This document shows, in pieces, positions 1 to 10,235 of a stretch of 64,000 bases of DNA (positions are counted from its first letter, which is position 1; each line of letters begins with the position of its first letter). Made by a program: the position numbers and the translations under genes. This DNA comes from Daphnia carinata. Lineage: Eukaryota. The notes under the pieces were generated by a model. That model made no database searches, was not told where the DNA came from, and worked only from the letters and a program-made list of their open reading frames with translations. Location of the stretch: positions 6,882,001 to 6,946,000 of the forward strand of contig NC_081333.1 in assembly GCF_022539665.2 (NCBI RefSeq), read 5' to 3'.

Positions 1-3000
1 GGCGGTAAAACGGGTGGACCTCCACTCAAGTGGGTCACATCCGGACGGGGAGACGTCATGGCAATTAAATTGGTCGGAGTGTGCAAGTTAACGTTGTAAG
101 ACTCTGCTCAACAGAAGAAATGATAAGGGATTGAGCAGACTAGGAAAGACCGAGAAAGGTATCATTCCTATTATTTATATATACACATTTTTTTTTACCT
201 CTTTCTACGCTAGAGATTGATGTGATGTTTTTGTTTGATGACACAGTAACAGACGAAGTGCTGTTTCGTCTCTCTCGCATTGTCGTAAAACCAGCGGCCG
301 GCCTCCCAGGTCCACTTTGTGGAGTTTTGACATAGGGAGGTGAAGGTGATGGTGATGGGCGATGGACCGGACTATTCCCCGATGCCGGCGTAGGGAGAGG
401 CGAATGCTGCTGAACCAGATCAGGCGGTGGAGGACGGATAACATGCGGAATAGCTGTATCTAAACGACAGTAATCAAATCATGAACTTTATTTTTTGTTT
501 TTATGCTATACGAACAATATAGAAAGAAAAAATGTTATTAAAAAAAACGAAAGGTAACAAGGAAAAAAACACACACACAAACAAAAAAAGAACAACAAAA
601 AAAGGTGTGACCGCAAGCAAATGCCTCTAGACGGTAATTGGAAACCAGAGCAAACCAAAGATTACCACCACCACCCACGCCATACTTTTTGCTTTCTTTT
701 TTTTTTGAATCAACTTACCCAGTTTCACTTTGTCGCCGATTAGTACCGTGCTTGACTCTTTGTCCGAACTGATCTCGAGCGGAGGAGGCGTGCGAGACAC
801 TGCAAATGCCAAGAAACACGAAAAATAAAAAAAAATCGTGTTGTTCCAATTAAGGTTCGAAATTTTAGAAAGTCTTTCGCCAAATATCGATATCGATAAA
901 TGGCGGAATTGTTCCTTTATGGTTCAGAAGGCCAACTAAATGACTACAGCAAGGTGAAACGGACGCACTGGAATTTGAATTGGAAATTTTTACACGGTTT
1001 AAGGTCTTTTGCTAAGGCCAGCCTGCAATAAACTTAAATGGAACAACATTGTCACAATAACCACGGAGGTAGTCAAAAACAGGATTTCCAAATTTGTTGT
1101 GCGACATGCAAAAAGACTGTGGACGCACGAGTAACGTAAGAATGAACTAGAAAATACATGCCAGCGCTTACACTCTCTGCCACGCGGTGGGAAAACGTCG
1201 TGGTATTGGTTAAATTCCTCAGTAGCAATAATACCATCATCTTCCGTTTCAGTGCTCGATTTTTCATCCGATTCAATTGTGTCGCGATTTGTTTTAATTT
1301 GACTTTGGCGCACACCGCCCGGCGGTCGCTCCTTGTTGAAACTCTTACGAAAAGATTGGCCATGCTGAAATGCCATTCCACCTCCGCTTCCTCCTCCAAT
1401 GCCAACTCCTCCTCCACAAAGACCAGATGAGGACTGTGACGAGTCTCCAAAAGGTGCCACTTTTTTCAGGTCGATAACGTAAATCGACACGTTACTCAAG
1501 TTATACGAGACGCCAATCTAAAATTTAAAAGTCTAAAAACTGGATACCAATTTAAGTTGACGCATTTCTTTACCAACTGGCTAGAAGTGACGGCCATGTC
1601 TTGAATGCGACCCCATGGAAGCGGAATGCAATCCAAAATACGACAAGGTTCCCATCCATAAACTCGCAGTCCATCTTGAGCCGCACTGAATAAACATTTC
1701 CCTTCGGGGTGGAAATAAATCGATCTGAAAGGAGAAATGTACAAATTCAGATTTGCATGTAGCATTACGCAAGAAACTAGTCACACCTGATGCCGCTGGT
1801 TTCCGGATCGGAATTGGAAACTAAAGTAAAGTTCTCCAAATCCCAGAAGAGGACGCGTCGATCGGCGGCTCCCGATGCCAGCAAGAACTCGTGCGGGTGG
1901 AACACGACCTCGGTGACTGCCGCCGTGTGCTCACGCAACTCGGACAAAAGTCGGCCAGCTCTCAGGTCCCATATCTTTTGTGATGGAATCAAACATTAAT
2001 AACTTTTTTTTTTTGTTCTTACCTAAAAGGAATCGAGGAAAAATAAATCGAAAAATACCTTAACGTAGCCATCATCGCCAGCCGAGGCCACCCACTGACC
2101 GTCGGGACTGAACCTCAGACTGTTGACGGTTGAACTATGTCCTTTATATGTGAAAATACATCCCTTTCGTCGAATATCCCAGAGCTAAGAGGACACAAAA
2201 GGAGTCTGATGACTGAAGAAAACATAATGGCCATATGAATGTGTGAAGGTTTACTTTGATGTTGGTGTCGGTAGAGCCGGTGGCGAGAAAGTCGCCGTAG
2301 GGATGGAAATCGAGGGCTTTGATGCCAGCACGGTGTCCAGTCAACGTACGCACCATCCGCGCCGCTTCCAGATCCCACACCTTGACGGCTCCAGCAGCGC
2401 TTCCCGCGCACACCAATTCTTCTGTCGGAGAGAATCTCACCGCTTCGATGGCCGTCGTATGGCCACTCAGACTCTATAAATTTAAAAGAAAACCACCATT
2501 TATAGAGGATTCTTGTTTTCCCACGTTTTGCACGGGAGTCCCGCTCGAATCTGAAAATGTAAAATAGCTTAAGGAAAAACAGACCCTTCAAATCCTGTGT
2601 TTTCACGACTGAAGTCAAAAAATGAGTTTCAATCACGGCTATCTTTTGAGCCGTCTTGTTTTCGACATTCCGAGGATTGCTTTTCCCATTTTGGTTCGGT
2701 TTCACCGAACACGAAGGGGAACTGCGTGAAGGACAAGCCGTCCTCGCTACTGGTACAATGCTTTCTACGAAGATGACATACGCGCACATCAGGGAGAAAG
2801 AGAAGAAGACTGATAGGGGTGCCTAAGGTCCCTTCCTGAATAAACGTCACCTGACATCTCAGTACTGCCTTAACTCTAAACCAGATTTGATCATTTTGAA
2901 ACAACTGATATATTTAAACGTTGAAAAAATAAACCAAAAATTGGTTCACGTCACTGCGCTATCCCGAAATGGACACACAAATTCGATTTACCTTGACCCC

Positions 3001-5595
3001 TTTGATTCTTAGCGGCAACAACTACCACGACGACGGGGAGCAGTGGGAGGATACAAGAAAAGAAAAACCGGACCCGTAGGCAAGTGAACCACAACCTGTA
3101 CCTCTTGGAACGGTCTGCATCGTGCAGTCCAGCGTGGTAATCTTGCGACGTTTCCCACACGCGTTTATAGATGCAAGCAATAGAAAAAGTTTTAACCGGC
3201 TTTTGACAATCCAACAAGAACCGAATAAACCCGTTAACCCATTCGGGTATCCCAAAACAGAAAATGATCGGAATGGATGCCCCTGTTCTACAACTCATTA
3301 AAAGAACAATGGGCACCATCAGTTTCAAAGTGCCAGCTAGGAAACATCAGCGTTTTTTTTTTCTATCGCTTTTAGAGGGAACACGGATGGCAGATGTCGT
3401 TTCTCTCCGTAAAGAGAGCGGCAAGGGCTGTTGATGTAAACTCGCAACTCGTTGCTATGCCAACTTTGGTTGACTAAGTAGGCCCAATTAATCAAGCTTA
3501 CTTTCATTGTGGAATTCGTCATTCAGAACGCAGCAGCCGCCGTTTTCAGTCAAGGGAAAATGTAATATAACACGAAAGAAAAAAAAAATGAAAGCTAGCC
3601 TAGCAGATCCTTCCGTAAAAGGCAATGTTCGTCAAGCTCTCTCTCTCTCTTTCGTTGGTACAAAAAAAAGCCAGCATGTGTGGGTTGTGCTTTAGCAAGA
3701 TTGCTAGCTGAACGCTCGAGGACGGTTGAGGTAATGCATCCTTATTAACAACTCCCAGCTATATCTTCTAACGGAAACAAGAACGGAACAATACATACGA
3801 AAAACAAACACAGTTGAGCATACGAAAAGAAAACGCACGCAACGCCGCTGGAGTTGCATGTCGATAGTTTCAATCCGAAAAGATTCCGAATCTATAGCGT
3901 GACACGAGAAAAGAAGGGTGCCTCGACGTTGTCATGGATACTTGGCTGACGGTTGAGTCGATTTGAATCGAGGGCGCTGTCTCACTATATACCTTATATG
4001 GAACTTGAATCTCCCGTTTAACTGCTCGTTCTATGCAAATGCAAGACAAATTTTCAACGGTCAGCAAGATGAAGGTTCATACAAGCACACACTTTCGTGT
4101 TTATCTCTCCGAATAAACTGCACGTCTAACTCTCATGATTACCTTTTGATTGAATATACAGCACGGCAGCAGGCTTTCCCTTTTACTTAAATTTTGCCTG
4201 AATTTCCTTTTTCTTATTTGATTCTATCTTTTTCCCTCCCCCCTTTTTTGCGAGAGGCATCTAGAGAATGTTGTGTAACGAAAATACAAAAGGTTCAATT
4301 GAATGCCCGATGTCAAGGGCAGATAGTAAATGAACGATGAAGAAATGCTCTCAATAGGGCTAGAACCACGGATTGATGGCTTGAAAAGGGTGAACGCATC
4401 TTTTGACTCAAAATTAAAAAACCAAAATACATAAAAGAGTAACCCAGCCATGGGAAAAAGTTAACTGTCGTGACTGTTTTTCCCGTTGTGGCCCGAGGAT
4501 GAGCTAAAGAATAACCGCACTATGCTCGTTTAAAAGAAAACAGAAACAATTGTTCATCAGCTGCCAAACTTTCATCTGAGAATTGCGTCCTTGTTGCAAT
4601 GACCTCGCGTCCTCCATCCGGACGGTCGATTTGACGCTTCAATTGGCCTTCGTGTTTCCTCGCAACGCGCTGCTGCTCAGCCGCGGTAAATATGGGCCTT
4701 CTCCCTCAAATTTATTTCTCCCTTTCGTCTTCTATTTTGTAGCGTTCGACAAGCCGAAGGCTGTTTTAGATGAATCCAAAAGCACTGGCTGTAGATCCGG
4801 AGTCGATGATTTAAGTAAAATTATCTGCATGACAGCCAAAGGGAGAAGAAATAAACGGCGACCTGACTACGATAGAAGAACTACTTGTCTCTTGCTTTTC
4901 CCACAGATGGAAGAGAGAAACACGGTCGGTCGAGCTTCCGGTGGAGACCCGTAAACGACCTCCCAGGTGTTACGCCTTCAGGTGATCTCCCACTCATCCA
5001 ACACCCCTAGTAAAAGTCTTTGTTTCTGCAACATCTACCTATTCCTAAGATATAATTATAGGGTGCATACAGTGAATCAAAAATTCCCCACCATTAAACG
5101 GTCATGAGTGTTCTCTTCACAGTCTTTCGAATGGTCTAAGGTGAAGAGGGTTCATTTGATTATACTGAGAAAACTAGGGTTTGTTGACTTGTGTCTCAAA
5201 GTACAGCCTTGGTGGTTAAGCAATCATAAGTAGTTATCTTTACCATGATACATGATGGTTTGCCGATAGCCCACAAGTTGACTTTTTTGTCGTCTCCCCC
5301 AGTGACCAAGACTCGTCCTGACTTGCTTCCAAGGGACAAGCAGTTGACATTGGCTCCGTGGGCAGAAAACTCCTCTGCGAAAGGAAATAAAAATAAATAT
5401 TAATGTTATCACAAGGGTGTAGAAATATATACAGACGATGAAGGAAGACTGAATAAAGAAAGTGGCCATCACAATTCTTGGCACAATGACAGCATGAATA
5501 TTGGCAATCACTCTGAAAGTTCTTGTAAAAAACAGGCTCTGTTAGATGAAAAAAATCTTACGAAGTTTCCACGCTCTTTTCGTCGTCGTAGCCAT
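1..5595 (-). CDS. KATNB1: Katanin p80 WD40-repeat subunit B1, 5' part (continues beyond the left edge)
   Basis: Manual exons (minus): 5562-5595, 5244-5374, 2255-2473, 2059-2184, 1787-1974, 1574-1724, 1172-1517, 719-799, 199-459, <1-104, all GT-AG and in consistent phase. Translation [69 protein letters not shown]...[34 protein letters not shown]...[11 protein letters not shown] matches the katanin p80 WD40 N-terminus, followed by a Pro/Ser-rich linker. The last three exons are less certain. Confidence 0.95.
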
Positions 5596-6545
5596 GGTTT
5601 CCGTTTGATTGAGGCAAAAATCAGGGGTGAATCCTAATCCAATCCCCAATTCAGCTTACACACACACACACACACTCATTCACACAGTATTAACTTGTTT
5701 ATGTGTATCAAGACATCATCTTTGTCTTCCAACAATGGGACTGTTGCACGTAGAACTTCACCAACAAAGAAATCGAATTGTAGGTATATGATGTTACGCC
5801 ATTCTTAGTCGTCTGACATGGATTTACGTCTGGAAAGGAGAGTTGAGATAATTGGCGGATTACAAAAAAATGGGACTGCACGCCAATCAGGGTTAGAAAT
5901 ACAGGTCGAGCTTTTTCTCTTCTTGTAATCACGTTGGGAATCACAGAACCGAATGTCTACTCAACAAAAAAAGAACGGAAGAAAATCAGGACAAGCACTT
6001 TTTTACTTCCACGGTAGCTCAGCAGCATTAAGGACTTCCGGAGACTCGAGCTCAAGCAACCAAACTGGCCTCTGTAACTCTAAAACCAACGTTGAGAAAC
6101 GAAAATTTGTTAAGAAAAGAAAAATCAAGTTCGTCTGCTCAGAGCCACCTGGTGGAATAAGACAAGTTACACAGTATAGCTTTTCTAGTTTTATTTCGAA
6201 TTAAACGACTTATGTTAAGTTCTCTGTAAAAAAAATAAATTGTAAGAGTAAATTATGATTTATGGTAATTTTCGTGATTGTTTCAAAAACTTCAGAGGCA
6301 ACTATTTTTTGGTTCACAAAGACAAAAAATTCAGATTTTTGTTTGGAAGTGTGTTTCAAAATTATTGCTTTTATTTTGGGGTAATAAATTTACTTCTTAC
6401 GGCGTACAAAGTAGAGTCGCTTGGCTGAAATTTGCTGTGTGATGGTTTTTAGTTAGTATAAATATATGACATCAATGGTTTAGGACAGTTCTTTCTGCTA
6501 GCCAGCTATTGTCAATGTTGTCTGTTGTTTTCTAGATAGTACAAA

Positions 6546-7105
6546 ATGGCGTATCTCCAAACCGAAGTTCTTGGACATACCCAGAAAGTATGTAGACTTT
6601 ACAAACGAGCTGTGAGACTCATCCAAGAATGTGCACCTAATAGGTAAGGAAAAATTGCCATTGTATTTCCATAGAGTGTAAGAAGTGACACCATTATACG
6701 AACTTTCTTAGGGTTGCCTTTCGGTACAACGCCGTATTGCTGAGGCAAAAATTTGACGAAAATCGTAGCCTAACGGATGCCCTGAAAGTGCAAACTCTCA
6801 TCGCAAATGCGGAGGAGGAATTGTTTCAAAAGCAACACACACACCCGCTTAAATGTACCATATTAGTACTTTTTTATATCCAACTTAGCTAATTTTTCAC
6901 GTCTTGGTTTACAGTTGCTGAATCACCTGGTGGGTCTGCCTATGGAAGAGAACTCAGATCTCCCGACTGGGTGCTGGACTATTGGAGCCATGATGAGAAA
7001 GCTCAATATCCTGAGTATTTTGCTCGTAGAGAAGAGCTCAAAAAAGAGTATGTAGCCTACTGGGAGAAGAAATTTGGCAAAGCTGAGGAGCCCCATCATC
7101 ATTGA
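6546..7105 (+). CDS. NDUFB9: NADH dehydrogenase (complex I) 1 beta subcomplex subunit 9, LYR family, 143 aa
   Basis: Exons 6546-6643, 6712-6854, 6915-7105. MAYLQTEVLGHTQKVCRLYKRAVR...FRYNAVLLRQKFDEN...HTHPLKFAESPGGSAYGRE...PDWVLDYWSHDEKAQYPEYFARRE contains the LYK (LYR) motif and the SPGG and DYW..EKA.YPEYF signatures. Confidence 0.96.
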
Positions 7106-7233
7106 AAATTTATTGTTATGCAAATTACCATGTATAGGCACTTGAATAGATAAGATTTCAGACAGTGATACAGTCAAGATATTAAAGATCAATGTATGTT
7201 ACCAAAATTTCATGCAAAACTGTAGATTAATCT

Positions 7234-9421
7234 TTAGGTGGCTATATCATGATATTTATCATGATCTTTTATACCGTAAACTACAATATTCTTGGCTTCT
7301 TGATATGTGACATGGAATGTTTTCTGGACACCATAAATCAAGGCCTATATTGAATTAGCAAGAAAGGCAAGTCAGGCAAATAGAAGATGCATATCCACAG
7401 AATAAGAATATACCTCTGGCAGTAGCAAATCTAGAATAAAAGCTCGTTTACGATCCTTTCCTTCCTGTAGTTCTTGAACGCGATGAACGTTTTCAGTAAG
7501 GAAGTCTGCCAACTTGCTGTACAACTAAAAGTAGATTCGACATCTTAAGCATCAAACAGTTGGCATTTACATAGCAAATGGACATATATCGCAATTAATA
7601 CTAGCTCTTGGGTAATTCTTGTTTGTTTTTCCAACCGTTAGATGTGACATGTCAGACTACAGAAAGGAAAAAGATTTGCAACGGAAGATTTGTTGCATGA
7701 CGGCGTGACTGTCTTCAGTTTAAGGCCTATAAAATTGGCCGACAACAATTGCCTTTTTTAGAAGGAAGATTTCCAAGGAGCCGTTAATATGGAATAACCA
7801 TATAACCAACACCTTGAACAATAATCACGAGAAACCATCCTTTGACAATCAAGAAAGCTCCCACGAGATTTCCCCACATTGCTGCATGTCGCAAGTCTTT
7901 GCTTGTTTCCGATTATTCGAACAGCAATGCTGCATCCATCATCTGTCAATCTCACCGACATTTTTATGAAATTCGTGTCACTGTTTTGCACAAAATTCAG
8001 TGAGGCATGGCATTCTCATAATCTGAAAATTACGTGACGGCCTGTGCCTCTTCCTCCCTGTCGTTGGCAAACTGTCATCACGAACACCGAGCAAGGGAAA
8101 GTAGACCCGTAGTGACATATGACGTAGTATGTCTCCGTTCAATACGTTGTCTTCGTTAAACGAAAGAAAGTTTCCTCTCGTCGAGTGAGAGGAGGTGGGG
8201 GTGGCTTTGCGAGTCTTGAAGTATCTACCCGAAGGTCAAAACAGTCACGATCGATGTCTTATACCTACCTCGCGTGAGTTTCCCAGAATGCCAGACGTAG
8301 TAGCGGACTGCGTCAACCGCTGCCAACTTTGCGAGTTGTACAGGTTTACTCTAAAGGCTTGTTCTTGTGAAGGCGCCGTAACACAACCCGCTAAATGCTG
8401 GAGGCAGGAATCTGTCAAGACGTGTTCTTCCAACATGATGTCCACAATTTGTCGTCCCCTACCTGACTCACTCGTATCTAAAACCACCTGTCGAGAGAAA
8501 AAGCGTACAAGCATTTGATAACATTTTACGACACATGTTAGACAATTTCATTGAGACCTCTTCTGATGAGTCAGAGTCGTCCAGTGGTTCGGGAAGACCC
8601 CGAATCTCATCCAATGGGGATGACGTTAAATAGCGTTCAGAAAACAGCTTCACGGGAGCTACAATAGCAACAAAAAATTCATCATAATAAACCCATTTGA
8701 ATATATATGGGAAAAAAGCGTTACAGCGATGGCAGGCGGTTATATATTGCCGGGCAGTGAGTTCATTAAAATTCGTTTTACTACGTAATCCAACAAAGTT
8801 AGACGCGTGCTCGAAAGCGAGGTCGAGTTTTTTGCAGACAGCTGCCTTATTTTTGGTCCTGCCAAATGCCTGTTAGGACAAGTTTCCGATAGAACGTACT
8901 AGATATCAATCAAATTGCAAAAAAAAAAACGGTTTTTATGTATCGCGTTTTGTACCAGAAGTTCAAGATTGAGTTGATGGTGAAAGGCTGAAATCACTCG
9001 ATTGCGTCGGTATTTGCGTTGATTATCGGGGCGCTCAACGTCGAATGCAAGGAGGGTCAACGTGTCGACATTCGACGACTCAATCACGGCTCCCGGTAAG
9101 AACAGTGTAGAGTTTGAAACCGACCATACTACTGTATTCTCTGCTAGTTCTAAATGAAACCGATGGTCGAATTTCCGTTCTTTTAAGACTTTTTTTTTAA
9201 ATTTACACTAATACCTTTCCCAACAGCGTCTCCATGTTTGTTCAGCAATTCTTCTATTGGTTTTATCTTGGGTTTGCAACCTTGATATGTATATATTTAT
9301 GTATGTGTTAAGAACGAAATTCACTCCTGAATAACAGATAAATGCCCGAATTACCCTTGATGGGTGTGCCTTTGGGTGTACTTTTGGATGATCTCCTACC
9401 ACCTTTTGGAGAGCTTGGCAT
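7234..9421 (-). CDS. MUM1/PWWP3 (EXPAND1)-like protein with a divergent PWWP domain, ~337 aa
   Basis: Exons (minus) 9355-9421, 9215-9280, 8956-9149, 8725-8869, 8558-8658, 8269-8487, 7414-7524, 7234-7344 give one open frame. The N-terminal LAENTVVWSVSNSTLFLPGAVIE...KLDLAFEHASNF is PWWP-like. The C-terminal GKDRKRAFILDLLLPEALIYGVQKTFHVTYQEAKNIVVYG resembles the MUM1/PWWP3A C-terminal motif as I recall it (DRIRFILDVLLPEAIICAI...Y..AEE...G). Confidence 0.72.
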
Positions 9422-10235
9422 TCTAAAAGAAAACGAGATGAGATCCTCCGATGCAAGTATCAAAAAGTGATAATCAGTAACACAAAATAAAAGTGAAAAC
9501 AAAATCAAAACTAAAGAAAAAAAAAAAAGGGAAAAATAACAGATCCATCAACTTCATGACAAGCTGTCTATCTTTGGACCGTTACTTTACATACAATACC
9601 CACTACCGTACCCACTATTTTCGACTTGCGCTCTATTTGTTGCCACCTTTCATTTTTGATTGTTTGAATGCAAATTCCGAGACAGATGTATAGAATGGTG
9701 CAAAGGAAAATCTGAACGGAATTTCATAAAACAATACACACTTGTGTATTTTATTTTTTTCTTTTTTTCTCATTATTTTTTTTTTGCATATTTTTTTTTG
9801 TTTTTTTGTTTTTGTTTTTGTTTTGTTTTTTTGTAGTTTTTGGTTTTGTCGTTCGGAGTGTATCAAGGTAGGGAGGGAGGGGGAATACAAAGGTCATCAT
9901 CATGATAATCAACACTATCGGCTTAATTTTTCCACTTCGCGTCGAGATAAAGAAGGAGACGAAAAAATGTTGCATTAAACAACTGGGCTACAGAAAAAAA
10001 AAATGCCACTCGAGTGCAATGTTGCTCTTTCAACCTAAAACGGTGGTTTTTCTCATGCGGCAAAACTTTTCAAAGGCTTAAAATGAAAATTCAGAAAATT
10101 TTTTGAAACTCGTAGTGTTGAATAAGCATTGCACGAGGAGTTTCAAGAAAAAATGGTTTTAAAAAAAGAGTAATAACATTTCAAAAAAAAAAAAATAAAA
10201 TAAAATAAAAAAAAAGTTTCTATACTCAACGGGCC

